Origin: Gammaproteobacteria bacterium
Lineage (GTDB): Bacteria > Pseudomonadota > Gammaproteobacteria > Steroidobacterales > SZUA-146
Length of the DNA stretch: 64,000 nt
Direction of reading: 5' to 3'
Assembly: GCA_045107075.1 (NCBI GenBank)
Contig: JBGCFV010000001.1
Location: forward strand, 47,245 to 111,244
Of this stretch, positions 9,562 through 19,970 are shown in pieces. Below the pieces are notes generated by a model. That model made no database searches. It worked only from the letters and a program-made list of their open reading frames with translations, and was not told the origin of the DNA. The translations under genes were made by a program, and so were the position numbers. The first letter of the stretch is position 1, and each line of letters starts with the position of its first letter.

Positions 9562-9636
9562 TGGGGTGTAGCCAAGCGGTAAGGCATCGGGTTTTGATCC
9601 CGTGTACCGTAGGTTCGAATCCTACCGCCCCAGCCA
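9562..9636 (+). tRNA. tRNA-Gln (TTG)
   Basis: TGGGGTG/CGCCCCA acceptor stem, D-loop GCCAAGCGGTAAGGC, anticodon loop TTTTGAT, GGTTCGAATCC T-arm, CCA end; 75 nt. Confidence 0.96.
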
Positions 9637-9660
9637 TTTTTTTAAAGTAGAGGACACGCG

Positions 9661-10620
9661 GTGGACATAGGTCGAGGGTCTATGGTGGTTTTCGCAGGTA
9701 ATGCGAACCCGCCGCTGGCGCAAAATATTGCGCGGTGTCTGATGCTGCCACTGGGTCGCGCCAACGTGAGCACGTTCAGTGACGGCGAAATTAACGTCGA
9801 GATTATGGAAAACGTCCGTGGTCGTGACGTCTTTTTGGTGCAAAGCACCTGTCCGCCGGCTAACGACAACCTCATGGAACTGCTCATTATGGCCGACGCC
9901 TGTCGTCGTGCCTCAGCTCACAGCATCACTGCTGTCATTCCTTACTTTGGCTACTCGCGTCAGGACCGACGTCCTCGCGCCAGTCGTGTGCCGATTACGT
10001 CGAAGCTCATTGCCGACATGGTAGTCACTGCAGGTATCGACCGGGTGCTGACACTCGATTTACACGCTGACCAAATTCAGGGGTTCTTTTCAATTCCGGT
10101 CGACAACGTCTACGCGTCACCGGTGTTGCTGGGCGACGCCTGGCGGCAGAAGTACGAGAACATTGTGGTGGTCTCGCCTGACGTCGGCGGTGTGGTTAGA
10201 GCTCGCGCTCTGGCCAAACGTCTTGACGACGCAGATCTTGCCATTATCGACAAACGTCGACCGCGTGCCAACGAATCCAAAGTGATGAACATTATTGGTG
10301 AAGTAAAAGGCAAGGTGTGCATTTTGATCGACGACCTGGTCGACACAGCCGGAACCTTGTGCCAGGCCGCCGCGGCGCTCAAAGAAGAGGGCGCTGAAAA
10401 AGTAGTGGCCTACATTACTCACCCGGTGTTGTCAGGGCCTGCTGTAGAACGCATTCAGAATTCCGCCATCGACGAACTCGTGGTGACGGACACCATTCCG
10501 TTGGACGAGGCCGCTGAAAAGTGTGACCGCATTCGACAACTTAGTACCGCCGAGCTGCTGGCTGAAACCATGCGCCGTATTGTCAACGACGAATCGGTAA
10601 GTTCGCTGTACTTAGACTAA
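9661..10620 (+). CDS. prs: Ribose-phosphate pyrophosphokinase
   Basis: [35 protein letters not shown] and [10 protein letters not shown] motifs. Confidence 0.98.
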   Translation: MDIGRGSMVVFAGNANPPLAQNIARCLMLPLGRANVSTFSDGEINVEIMENVRGRDVFLVQSTCPPANDNLMELLIMADACRRASAHSITAVIPYFGYSRQDRRPRASRVPITSKLIADMVVTAGIDRVLTLDLHADQIQGFFSIPVDNVYASPVLLGDAWRQKYENIVVVSPDVGGVVRARALAKRLDDADLAIIDKRRPRANESKVMNIIGEVKGKVCILIDDLVDTAGTLCQAAAALKEEGAEKVVAYITHPVLSGPAVERIQNSAIDELVVTDTIPLDEAAEKCDRIRQLSTAELLAETMRRIVNDESVSSLYLD

Positions 10621-10636
10621 AGACCACATTTTGTAG

Positions 10637-10664
10637 GCAGTGAACCTGGTCGCGGGTTTGCTGC
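10637..10664 (+). promoter_or_regulatory. Putative L25 (rplY) mRNA leader hairpin
   Basis: Stem GCAGTGAACC/GGTTTGCTGC with a TGGTCGCG loop just upstream of rplY, resembling proteobacterial rplY leaders. Confidence 0.55.
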
Positions 10665-10688
10665 ATTTTTGTAAACGAGGAGAAAGGC

Positions 10689-11354
10689 ATGTCAACTGCT
10701 AAAGTTACGTTAGAAGCAGAACTACGTGAAGACGAGGGGAAGGGTGCGAGCCGCCGCCTTCGTCATCACAAGAAAGTTCCTGCTGTGTTGTACGGTGGTG
10801 AGCGCAAACCGCGTTCCATTACTTTGAACGAAAATGAGCTCATGAATAAAGCTCGTCACGAATCGTTCTTTTCACAAGTCCTGACCATTGAAGTCGGCGA
10901 CATCAAGCAAAGCGCTATTGTGAAAGACGTGCAGGTTCACCCTGCGAAGTCACGCATTATGCACGTTGACTTTCAGCGTGTCAGTGACGACGTCGTTATT
11001 ACCATGTCAGTACCGCTTCACTTCACAAACGAAGAGAAAGCACCTGGTATCGCGCTGAAAGGCGGCGTAGCGTCTCACCTTAAGAACGAAGTCGAGATTG
11101 CGTGTTTGCCTGGCGATTTGCCTGAGTACATTGAAGTTGATTGCAGCAGCCTTGAACTGGACGTCATGCTTCACATGTCAGACATCGTGTTGCCGGAAGG
11201 CGTTTCGATTCCTGAATTGGCTCAGGGCGAAGACTACGATCAACCGATTCTTTCTATATCGGTGCCTAAGAAAGTGGTTGAGCCAGATCCTGATGAAGCC
11301 GCAGCAGCTGACGGTGATGCAGCCGCTGGCGGTGAGGAAGAGTCTGCAGATTAA
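10689..11354 (+). CDS. rplY: 50S ribosomal protein L25/Ctc
   Basis: GKGASRRLR, VPAVLYG, HVDFQRV and LPEYIEVD motifs; acidic tail. Confidence 0.97.
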   Translation: MSTAKVTLEAELREDEGKGASRRLRHHKKVPAVLYGGERKPRSITLNENELMNKARHESFFSQVLTIEVGDIKQSAIVKDVQVHPAKSRIMHVDFQRVSDDVVITMSVPLHFTNEEKAPGIALKGGVASHLKNEVEIACLPGDLPEYIEVDCSSLELDVMLHMSDIVLPEGVSIPELAQGEDYDQPILSISVPKKVVEPDPDEAAAADGDAAAGGEEESAD

Positions 11355-11494
11355 TGCGGGTTTGACCTTGTTAGTGCGATAAAGCATTAGCGATATATGA
11401 GCCGTTGCGCGTGCGCAGCGGCTCAGTTCGTTCCAGCTTCGCAAAATTAACCGCTGGCAAAACATAACGAGCTTAAAAACTGGCGTGACAACCA

Positions 11495-12286
11495 ATGAGT
11501 GACTCACACATACAATTAATCGTTGGTCTGGGTAACCCGGGCGGCAAATACGAAGCGACGCGACACAACGCGGGCTTTTGGTTTGTGGATCAGCTTGTGC
11601 GTCGACACGGTGGCACGTTTACTCACGAAAACAAATTTCACGGCGAGCTGTGTCGTTTAGACATAGACGGCGCCGACGTGCGTGTTTTACGACCCGACAC
11701 CTACATGAACGAAAGCGGTAGAGCCGTTCGGGCTGTGGCGCAGTTTTATAAAATTCCCATGTCTGAAGTTCTGGTTGCCTACGACGAAATTGACCTGCCT
11801 CCGGGTAAAGTCAAACTCAAAATGGGCGGCGGGCACGGCGGACATAACGGCATACGCGATATTATCGCGCAAGAAAGCGCCGGGTTTTTACGCCTGCGTC
11901 TTGGAGTTGGCCACCCGGGCGACAAGTCGCTGGTGGTGAACTACGTGCTGGGTGCGCCTGGCCGTAAAGAAGCCGACTTAATTGAAGCGACTATTGACGA
12001 CTCACTCAACGTGATTCCGGTGTTGCTCAAAGACGGTGTGCAAAAAGCCACCATGCAGCTGCACACGTCGAACGCCGCGCCTGCTCAAAAGACAGACGAC
12101 GTTCCACGTAAAAAGAAAGCGCCGGTTAAACAAGACGGTGCAACGAACGAAGTGCAGCCAAAGAAAGTTAAGCCTAAGAAAACACCGAAACCGTCGCGAC
12201 GGGAATCGGTTGACGAATCGGCGGCGACAGAGCGAACCAGTCTTAAAGACCAGCTCGTGTCACTGCTTAAACGAAATAATAAATAG
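11495..12286 (+). CDS. pth: Peptidyl-tRNA hydrolase with Lys-rich C-terminal extension
   Basis: IVGLGNPG, TRHNAGF, TYMNESG, GGHNG and RLRLGVGHPG motifs. Confidence 0.96.
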   Translation: MSDSHIQLIVGLGNPGGKYEATRHNAGFWFVDQLVRRHGGTFTHENKFHGELCRLDIDGADVRVLRPDTYMNESGRAVRAVAQFYKIPMSEVLVAYDEIDLPPGKVKLKMGGGHGGHNGIRDIIAQESAGFLRLRLGVGHPGDKSLVVNYVLGAPGRKEADLIEATIDDSLNVIPVLLKDGVQKATMQLHTSNAAPAQKTDDVPRKKKAPVKQDGATNEVQPKKVKPKKTPKPSRRESVDESAATERTSLKDQLVSLLKRNNK

Positions 12287-12318
12287 TCGTTTAACCACGA
12301 CTCTGGAGTACCGCGTAC

Positions 12319-13410
12319 ATGGCCATTCAATGTGGAATCGTAGGGTTACCTAACGTAGGTAAGTCGACGCTGTTTAACTCGCTTACCGCTGGCGAAATTG
12401 CAGCTGAGAACTATCCGTTTTGTACCATCGAGCCGAACACCGGCATTGTGTTGGTGCCGGACCCAAGGTTGCAGTCGCTCGCAGGCATTGTGGACCCACA
12501 AAAAATTCTGCCAACCACCATGGAGTTTGTCGACATTGCCGGTTTGGTTGAGGGTGCGGCCTCCGGTGAAGGTCTTGGTAACAAGTTCCTCGCGAACATT
12601 CGTGAGACCGACGCCATTGCTCACGTGGTGCGTTGTTTTGAAGACGACGACGTCACACACGTTGCAGGCAAAATTGATCCGCTCAGTGACATTGAGACCA
12701 TTAACACAGAGCTTGCACTGGCCGACCTTGAGAGCATTGACAAGGCGCTGGTAAAAGCGGTGCGTAATGCAAAAACAAACAACAAAGACGACCTGTACAT
12801 TAAAAGCGTTCTGGAAAAAGCCAAAGCGCATTTAGACCAGGTACTGCCAATGCGTTCGTTAGAGCTAGACGAAAACGAACTCGAAGTGTTGTATCCGTAT
12901 CACTTGCTCACAGCCAAGCGCACCATGTACGTAGCCAACGTCGCCGAAGACGGGTTCGAAAACAATCCGCACCTCGACGCGCTCACAAAATACGCTGAAG
13001 CCGAAGGCGCTCAGGTGGTTGTCATTTGCGCTTCCATTGAAGCAGAGATTTCGCAGCTTGACGACGAAGACAAGGAAGCGTTTCTGGAAGACATTGGTCA
13101 AACAGAACCTGGTCTGAACCGCGTTATTCGTACGGCGTACACGCTCCTGGGTTTGCAAACCTACTTCACGGCCGGGCCAAAAGAAGTGCGCGCCTGGACC
13201 ACCAAAATTGGCGCTACGGCGCCTCAAGCCGCCGGTGAAATTCACACCGACTTTGAAAAAGGCTTTATTCGCGCCGAAGTCATTGCGTATGATGACTACA
13301 TTGCAGGCTCAGGCGAGAAGGGTGCCAAAGAAGCTGGCAAGATGAGACTGGAAGGCAAGGAGTACATTGTGAACGAAGGCGATGTCATGCACTTCCGGTT
13401 TAACGTTTAA
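12319..13410 (+). CDS. ychF: Redox-regulated ATPase YchF
   Basis: [28 protein letters not shown]; C-terminal TGS domain ending FRFNV. Confidence 0.98.
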   Translation: MAIQCGIVGLPNVGKSTLFNSLTAGEIAAENYPFCTIEPNTGIVLVPDPRLQSLAGIVDPQKILPTTMEFVDIAGLVEGAASGEGLGNKFLANIRETDAIAHVVRCFEDDDVTHVAGKIDPLSDIETINTELALADLESIDKALVKAVRNAKTNNKDDLYIKSVLEKAKAHLDQVLPMRSLELDENELEVLYPYHLLTAKRTMYVANVAEDGFENNPHLDALTKYAEAEGAQVVVICASIEAEISQLDDEDKEAFLEDIGQTEPGLNRVIRTAYTLLGLQTYFTAGPKEVRAWTTKIGATAPQAAGEIHTDFEKGFIRAEVIAYDDYIAGSGEKGAKEAGKMRLEGKEYIVNEGDVMHFRFNV

Positions 13411-13486
13411 GAACGCTCTGACTCACTTGCACGGCCCGAGAGTCACTGCGTAGTTAAAAAGGCACGTTTAACCCTGGAGCAGAGTT

Positions 13487-14539
13487 TTGGATCCCCTCAT
13501 ATTAGCCATCAAGAGTATTGTCTACGGCGGTTTTGTACTGGGGGGTGCGTACTTTGTTCACAAGATGCTTACCGCTCGCATTGTCGAACCGGTTGGCCGT
13601 AGCTATCGCCTTCAGTTACTCACGCTCGGCGTTTCTCTTGCAACCATTTTGATCTTGCTGGTTGTGCTGCCGTTTAACGACACGCTTCGAGGTCAGCTTC
13701 TCAGTCTGACCGGTATTTTGCTCAGTGCCGTGATTGCACTCTCCTCAACGACGTTCGTTGGTAACGTAATGGCCGGTGCCATGTTGCGTTCCATTAAGTG
13801 TTGTTCACCCGGAGATTATGTTCATGTGGGTGATTACTTCGGGCGCATTTCCGAAATGGATTTACTGCACGTCGAAGTGCAAACCGAAGACCGTGACCTC
13901 GTAACGCTGCCGAACTTGTATACCGTAACGAACCCGATGAAGGTGTTACGTTCTTCGGGCACGATTATCAGCGCTGAGCTGTCGCTGGGTTACGACGTTA
14001 GCCATAAGACGGTAGAGACCAACTTGCTCCTGGCCGCCGAAGCAGCTGGCCTGGAGCAGCCGTTCGTGCACATAAAGCAGCTCGGTGACTACTCCATTGT
14101 TTACCGCATTAACGGGCTTCTGAAGGACCTGAATGTGTTGCTGTCTACACGGTCTCGTCTTAGAGCTAAAGTCATAGAGCAGCTCCACGGAGCGGGCATT
14201 GAGATTGTGTCGCCAACCTTCATGAACCAGCGCCAGTACAAACCAGACGTTACGTTCATTCCGATCAAAGAATTTGGTGATGAGCAGGACCTGGAAGAGC
14301 GAGCATCAGACTCGGTCGTGTTCGACAAAGGCGCCAAAGCCGAGTCCCTCAAAGAAGTAAAAGACCGCCACATGAAGATTGTGGAGGAGATTCGAGAGCT
14401 TGAGACCCTCAAAAAGGCCACAGAAGACGAAACTCTAAAGCGTGGATTTCAGGAGCGAATAGAGAATTTGGGTGCTCAGGCCCTACGCTGGCAGCAGGTC
14501 GTCACCAAGCGCGAGGAAATTCTTCACAATGAGGACTAA
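13487..14539 (+). CDS. MscS-family mechanosensitive channel with coiled-coil C-terminus
   Basis: Three TM helices, GNVMAG, PGDYV…GRISEM…TLPN, GIEIVSP. Confidence 0.85.
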   Translation: MDPLILAIKSIVYGGFVLGGAYFVHKMLTARIVEPVGRSYRLQLLTLGVSLATILILLVVLPFNDTLRGQLLSLTGILLSAVIALSSTTFVGNVMAGAMLRSIKCCSPGDYVHVGDYFGRISEMDLLHVEVQTEDRDLVTLPNLYTVTNPMKVLRSSGTIISAELSLGYDVSHKTVETNLLLAAEAAGLEQPFVHIKQLGDYSIVYRINGLLKDLNVLLSTRSRLRAKVIEQLHGAGIEIVSPTFMNQRQYKPDVTFIPIKEFGDEQDLEERASDSVVFDKGAKAESLKEVKDRHMKIVEEIRELETLKKATEDETLKRGFQERIENLGAQALRWQQVVTKREEILHNED

Positions 14540-14557
14540 AAAAGCCCCTCAGGCGTC

Positions 14558-14586
14558 TTGACACTAGAGGGTAGAGTCCGCAGAAT
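14558..14586 (+). promoter_or_regulatory. Sigma70 promoter for tRNA-Met
   Basis: TTGACA, 17 bp, CAGAAT upstream of the tRNA. Confidence 0.7.
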
Positions 14587-14623
14587 CCCATCTCTCAAAC
14601 GGGCCGTTCGGCCCAGGCACCAA

Positions 14624-14700
14624 GGCTATATAGCTCAGCTGGTTAGAGCGCGGGACTCATAATCTCGAGGTCGGTGGTTCGAGTCCACCTATAGCCACCA
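14624..14700 (+). tRNA. tRNA-Met (CAT), elongator type
   Basis: GGCTATA/TATAGCC acceptor stem, TAGCTCAGCTGGTTAGAGC D-arm, loop CTCATAA, GGTTCGAGTCC, ACCA end; 77 nt; resembles elongator metT. Confidence 0.93.
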
Positions 14701-14955
14701 TTCTATTTCTATCCATGATCACTATGACGGACTGTGCGGCTCATAGCTTCCGCCTCAAACTGGTCTCTGATCACCAGAAATGTTCTCTGACCCCATTACC
14801 CCGTTATCAAACCGTGATCAATTCGTTACCACTGCGAAAGCCCGTAGATCCAGCGTTTCCGCTGGTTTAAAAAGATTATTGGAAGCATTCGAATAGTAAC
14901 GCATACCGCTGCTGTTAATGCCTCCAGAACTTTATAAATCAATTGGAGAACTAAA

Positions 14956-16668
14956 GTGGACAGGTTAACGGAACGAAAACTATCTGGGATGCATGCTTTT
15001 AGCGTATCGCTGCTTATCGCCATGTCATTCTATCTTTGCTCGAGCGCATACGCCGATTCCGGCCACAAAGCCAAGCTCGATTCGGTCGTTACGACCGGGA
15101 CATTGCAGGTATACGTTGTGGAGGGGCTTGACGGCACTGCGCCGCGTTACGAGTACTTTTTGGATACAGGCGACGAGGAAATTGAGCTGGTTAATTTCGC
15201 AGACAGCTCAGCGACAACTGGCGATCAGCTTCGTGTTGTCGGAAGCAATGTGGGTGATGCAATCAGTGTTACCCGGACAGAGTCTATTTCCCAAGCGGCT
15301 GGGCGCTCTTTGGGAACGCCTTTGACTGGAGCGAGGAAGGTGGCTGTGGTCATGGTTAATTTTCAAAACCACGCGCTGACTAATCAGCAGGTAACTAACT
15401 TGCGCAAGGCCATGTATGAATACATTGACTACCCGTATTCGTGGAATGGTGACTATCAAACATCTACCGAGGCATCGGTCAAAGCGAGTCTCGAACGCTA
15501 CTCGTTTGGTCAGCTTTCGATTAATTCAGACACCGATGCCGACGGCGAATACGATATTTTCGGGCCTTACGATACGAATGAGATTCGCGACGACTGCTCG
15601 TATAACACTTGGGACAATGCCGGATTCGCGGCGGCGACAGCCGACGGCGTTGATATGTCGGTATACGAACATCGCATATACGTTACGCCGTCTCACTTTT
15701 GTAATTTCAGGGGGCGAGGATTATTAAATTGCGGTGACAACTGCACGGCGTGGGCTTCGGCGCAAACTATCGACGGTAACGTCCACACAATTACTCATGA
15801 GCTCGGGCACAATTTCGGTCTTTACCACACCGGCGCTGATCTTGACGATAATCCGTCCACCTGGACAAACGATGAAGCGATCGCCGACAGATTTACGCTT
15901 ATGTCCGTTGGTTCTCACCCGGGTGGTGACGACGTGATCGCTCTGCAACGCGATACGTTGGGATGGTTCGACGCAGTTCCAGGAGCAAAGCAGACTATTT
16001 CGAGTACGGGCACGTATGTCATTAACGATTTGGGCGAGCTTGCATCTGACCCGATTACCTTGCGACTGGACGCCTTGGTTCCGCCTAGCTCTACTGCGAC
16101 ACGTGAGTTCTACATTTCGTACCGTCGTTCAACCATCGACCAGTACGGCACAAAGCCAGGTTTCTTTGACGCTAACCCAGAGATTGCCGATACCGTACGC
16201 GTGCACGAATGTCGGAACAACGCTTGCACCATATCCGAGCTGAGAGCGCAGCTTGGTGCTGGCGAGTCGTACCTTGAGGACCAGTCTCAGTGGAACGCAG
16301 TGCCATTGTTTATTCAGGCAAGTGACTTTGCTACCGGAGCACAAACGGCGAGCGTGGACGTTTACGTTGGCGACACTGACCAGGATGGCATCAACGACTA
16401 CGAAGACAACTGTTACCTAGTCCCCAATGCCAATCAGGCCGATGCGGACTGCGACGGATACGGGAACATGTGCGATGCCGATTTGAATAACGACAACGTG
16501 GTGAATGTAATCGACATGGGTATTCTGCTGTCTAATATGTCGAGCAGCGACCCAGTGTCTGACCTGAACAGTGACGGAATTGTCGACAGCGCCGATCAAG
16601 CAATTCTCTCATCCATGTTTTTCAAAGCTCCGGGTCCTTCAGGACCAACGGCCCAATGTTCGCCCTAA
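14956..16668 (+). CDS. Secreted metzincin zinc metalloprotease (M11-like) with C-terminal TSP3/dockerin-like module
   Basis: Signal peptide ending AYA; HELGHNFGLYH (HExxHxxGxxH) and Met-turn TLMS; C-terminal DTDQDGINDYEDNC…DLNNDNVVN…FFKAPGPSG. Confidence 0.85.
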   Translation: MDRLTERKLSGMHAFSVSLLIAMSFYLCSSAYADSGHKAKLDSVVTTGTLQVYVVEGLDGTAPRYEYFLDTGDEEIELVNFADSSATTGDQLRVVGSNVGDAISVTRTESISQAAGRSLGTPLTGARKVAVVMVNFQNHALTNQQVTNLRKAMYEYIDYPYSWNGDYQTSTEASVKASLERYSFGQLSINSDTDADGEYDIFGPYDTNEIRDDCSYNTWDNAGFAAATADGVDMSVYEHRIYVTPSHFCNFRGRGLLNCGDNCTAWASAQTIDGNVHTITHELGHNFGLYHTGADLDDNPSTWTNDEAIADRFTLMSVGSHPGGDDVIALQRDTLGWFDAVPGAKQTISSTGTYVINDLGELASDPITLRLDALVPPSSTATREFYISYRRSTIDQYGTKPGFFDANPEIADTVRVHECRNNACTISELRAQLGAGESYLEDQSQWNAVPLFIQASDFATGAQTASVDVYVGDTDQDGINDYEDNCYLVPNANQADADCDGYGNMCDADLNNDNVVNVIDMGILLSNMSSSDPVSDLNSDGIVDSADQAILSSMFFKAPGPSGPTAQCSP

Positions 16669-16803
16669 GCCAGGTTTGAGTAGGTGCAAGCGGTCGATCT
16701 AAACTCGACCAAACTCCCGACAATTACGTGAAAAGCTAGAAAGCGAAATGCAAAGAGGCAGGGCTGAATGGCATTAGGCCGTGTACGGAATTACGGCGAG
16801 GAA

Positions 16804-16842
16804 CTGCCCTGGGGTGAAGTAAGAGTGTTCACCCCAAGGCAG
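16804..16842. terminator. Hairpin between convergent genes
   Basis: CTGCCCTGGGGTGAA…TTCACCCCAAGGCAG stem followed by GTTTT. Confidence 0.55.
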
Positions 16843-16874
16843 GTTTTCTTAACAAGTTAGGTAGACAAACAGGT

Positions 16875-17438
16875 TTAAGTAGCTGACGCTGTTTCTCTTC
16901 CGGATTTCCCAAAGGCAAACGTAAGCAGCCCTGACATCAAAAAGAATATGGCAGGTGGTACAGGAATCGTAACGGCTGAGTAGTTTCCGAAAAAGTCCGA
17001 CGTTCCGTAGAAGTCTCCTCCGTCAACTCCAGGTTCAAAGCTTAAATTTGAGCCTGTTCCGTTAAAGAAATCGAACGAGCCGTTTATGTTGCCACCGCTA
17101 TTTCCGTTAACGTTTCCAAAGCGCAGTCGCTGAATGCCGTTTTCGGTTGTAATTACCGCAAGCACTTCGTTGAGTAAGTCTTCAGTATCGATCAGTTCGA
17201 ATGATTCGCCGTTGATAAAGCTCACATCGAAAATAACGTTGGTAAGAGAGTCCAGCGTGTACGAACCGTCGGAAAGATCCTCATCAAAACTGAATACCCC
17301 GGAACCTACCGTTTCTCCGAGGGCAATGTCGTCAAACGACAGATTGAATGATAGAGCGTTCGCAGATTGCGATAGCAGCGCTCCGCTTAAAAGCAGTAAC
17401 GTGGCGGCAAGAAGGGGGTTCTTGATTTTATTTTTCAT
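16875..17438 (-). CDS. PEP-CTERM/VPxPA-CTERM sorting-domain protein
   Basis: Signal peptide ending ANA; C-terminal IPVPPA + TM helix + basic residues; start at MKNKIKNP after an RBS (GAGGA). Confidence 0.75.
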   Translation of the reverse strand: MKNKIKNPLLAATLLLLSGALLSQSANALSFNLSFDDIALGETVGSGVFSFDEDLSDGSYTLDSLTNVIFDVSFINGESFELIDTEDLLNEVLAVITTENGIQRLRFGNVNGNSGGNINGSFDFFNGTGSNLSFEPGVDGGDFYGTSDFFGNYSAVTIPVPPAIFFLMSGLLTFAFGKSGRETASAT

Positions 17439-17809
17439 TGTATTCCTCTGTTTCTTATTAGACGTGATCAATGCACACATTTTGGTCGCCGTTTTCGGTT
17501 GGTCTTATTGGACTGTGTCCGGATCTGTTCTGTAAAGCGTACCAATTTTCGCCCGGCATTCTAGGCTTACCAATCAACTAGAGCATGACTGTGTAACACC
17601 TTAAACCTAACATTATGACGTCCGGTAACCAGCACTGTTTTTGTGATTATTTTGTTATCCGATGGCTTATAGCATCAGAAGTAGTAGGAGCAATTCCGGG
17701 AGAAAGCAATCGAGGATCTCATATCACAAGAGAGTCGGTCTACTGCGGACGGCACTCTGTGCTGTGATCAACGCACGTGTAAAGGGGGGAGTAGAAGTGA
17801 AAAATTTGC

Positions 17810-19144
17810 CTATTTATCTACATAAAACGGAACGTTATGCGCCGCAGCTCCACCTTGGCCGTCGAAAACGGTAACGAACAATCGATAAGCACCAGCACGT
17901 CGCGGTGCTCTAAAAGTGACCCGTGGAGTTCCCTGTCCGGACCGAATGGCCTCTGAAAATGAAGGCGGGGCCGCCTCGGCGTCGCCACCCGTTCGGCGGT
18001 CGGTGCTTTCGGCTCGAACGTCCCATACGTAGCGTAGTTCGTCATTCTCACGATCAGCGGCGTCCACTGTAGCGCGGGCTTTGGCGCCGGGCTTCACCGT
18101 TTTGTGTGCAAATTTGGAGTCCAGTGAGCGTATTCCAGGGGCGCGATTGGCGGGCCATTTTCCCGTCCAGGCGAAAGACATGGCGTCAACGGCTGGTTGC
18201 TTTTCGCCGGTTTCTAAAAACATACCGAACCACGTTGCAGTAGCCTCTTGTTTGTTTCCCCAGTAAAAAGCATAGGAGCCCAGCGAGCGTCCAACGTTGT
18301 TGTCACGATCCAAAACGTAGATGGAATAAAACGACTCGGCTTTGCTCGCCGGATCAGGCTCTATGGGTGCGCCCCAGGCCGTGTTGGCGACTTCCCAATG
18401 TCCGTTCGTGCCGAACTCGGTGAGCATGTACGGACCGTCCCAACCCATTTCAGTCAGCGTCTGACCGGTTCCGGCAGCACCTCCGTACGCGTTAACGCCG
18501 AGAATATCGATGCGAGGATAGTACTGCTTGATGCTATCAATGGTTTGCTGCCGGGTGCCAGCTACAACTGTCATCACCGGGTGGTGTGGGTCCAGGTCTT
18601 TGATGATGCCAGCCAGATGATTGAGTTCCTGCCAGACGAGCGGGTTGTTCTGCCGCTCACCGAAGGCTTCCATTTCGTTACCGAGCCCCCACATGAGTAG
18701 CGCCGGGTGGTCTTTGTATTTTTGCACTGCTTCACGCAGCCGGGCTCGCTGTTGTTCGATGCTTGCCTCGTCTTCGTAATTAAAACCATGACGCTCGTGT
18801 TGAACCCAAAAACCAACCGTTACCGAGATGCCCAGTTCGTGAGCGGCATCAAGAAGCGGCTTACCCTCGAACGTTTGTTCGAGATGCTCAATGCCCCAGG
18901 TGCGTATCGAGTTACCGCCGGATGCCTTCAGTAGACGTAAATATTTGAAGCCGCCGACCCCCTTTACTGAGTAGGGCTGGTTGTTTCGCATGAGTGTGAA
19001 CGCGCCAGACTCGTCTTTGATGACCTCTACCTGACCATTTTCTGATAATACGGACGCGTCGTTTTCCGTCGCCTGAGCGTTACTCACAAGTAGAGCTATA
19101 GCGAAAAGAAAGCAGACCGGTACAGGCAGCGCTATTCGAAGCAT
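17810..19144 (-). CDS. Secreted clan GH-A glycoside hydrolase (GH2-TIM-barrel-like) with C-terminal Ig-like domain
   Basis: Signal peptide; GGNSIRTWG, acid/base WGLGNE, nucleophile MLTEFG. Confidence 0.82.
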   Translation of the reverse strand: MLRIALPVPVCFLFAIALLVSNAQATENDASVLSENGQVEVIKDESGAFTLMRNNQPYSVKGVGGFKYLRLLKASGGNSIRTWGIEHLEQTFEGKPLLDAAHELGISVTVGFWVQHERHGFNYEDEASIEQQRARLREAVQKYKDHPALLMWGLGNEMEAFGERQNNPLVWQELNHLAGIIKDLDPHHPVMTVVAGTRQQTIDSIKQYYPRIDILGVNAYGGAAGTGQTLTEMGWDGPYMLTEFGTNGHWEVANTAWGAPIEPDPASKAESFYSIYVLDRDNNVGRSLGSYAFYWGNKQEATATWFGMFLETGEKQPAVDAMSFAWTGKWPANRAPGIRSLDSKFAHKTVKPGAKARATVDAADRENDELRYVWDVRAESTDRRTGGDAEAAPPSFSEAIRSGQGTPRVTFRAPRRAGAYRLFVTVFDGQGGAAAHNVPFYVDK

Positions 19145-19162
19145 CAGCTGTCTTCAATCCGG

Positions 19163-19648
19163 TTAATACTGACCGGTCTTGCGAAAGTTAATGATCGCAA
19201 TTTTCTGACTAGCCGCACTAGCTGGAGACCAGAACCAGCCTTTGGGATCCCATGCTTGAGAATACCCATAGTTGTCAACCACAGCCTGGTAAGCATTCAA
19301 TGCGTCGTTGCTTCGGCCCAGTTTCATGAACGCTTCGCCCTGAATGAAGTAGCACGTGCCCACGTCGTTCAACGCCCAGTAGTCGTGCACGACATCTTCT
19401 TTTGGTTTGGCCGTGAGCGACTGCTGCATTTGCTTTGCGGTGTTTTCATAAAGTGTTCCACAACGTTCCGTGTACTTCACGGCGTTTTCCAATTGGCCAT
19501 CACCTAGCGCTTCCCATGCCTTGGCCTGGAGTGTCGCGGAGGTTTGGTCGCCGTAGTCGAGCACAGAACTAACCGATGAAGAAGGCCCTGACGCGCAGCC
19601 CAGTAGAGTCAGACAAGCTGTAACGAGTAGTAACGCAGGTTTGTTCAT
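19163..19648 (-). CDS. TPR-like lipoprotein
   Basis: Lipobox LLGC; LNDVGTCYFIQGE…QAWDPKGWFWSP; co-oriented 18 bp upstream of the GH gene. Confidence 0.75.
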   Translation of the reverse strand: MNKPALLLVTACLTLLGCASGPSSSVSSVLDYGDQTSATLQAKAWEALGDGQLENAVKYTERCGTLYENTAKQMQQSLTAKPKEDVVHDYWALNDVGTCYFIQGEAFMKLGRSNDALNAYQAVVDNYGYSQAWDPKGWFWSPASAASQKIAIINFRKTGQY

Positions 19649-19723
19649 CAGAGTTCTCCAAAATGTAGGTCGCGACATCAGTTTCAGGTATGCGGCAGAG
19701 CACTGCAGTTCCCTTAAGTCCGA

Positions 19724-19739
19724 ATGCGTTTAAACGCAT
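19724..19739. promoter_or_regulatory. Perfect 16-bp palindrome, candidate operator
   Basis: ATGCGTTTAAACGCAT about 75 bp upstream of the lipoprotein-GH operon. Confidence 0.45.
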
Positions 19740-19970
19740 CTGGAATGCCGAGCGTGTCTTTCTTTAGAAAGGATAAGCGCTTTGTCTAGCGAAGTTCAAG
19801 CGCGTATATTCGATTTAAAGCGTCGAGAAACAGTTTGCAGCGTGCCATAGTGGGTGCAAGGACAGCGTGAAACAGGAAGTGACGGTCAAAAGAGTCGAGC
19901 CCGGGTCTCGTGTCATCGCAGCCGCGTCTGCTGTGGTATCTTGAGCAACACTCTACTAAAAGCGCTTGAT

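Noticed and set aside
14624-14700. tRNA-Ile2 or initiator tRNA-fMet
   Set aside because: The paired G1-C72 and absence of three consecutive G-C anticodon-stem pairs exclude the initiator. The GGCTA acceptor stem matches elongator Met better than Ile2, though this is not formally excluded.
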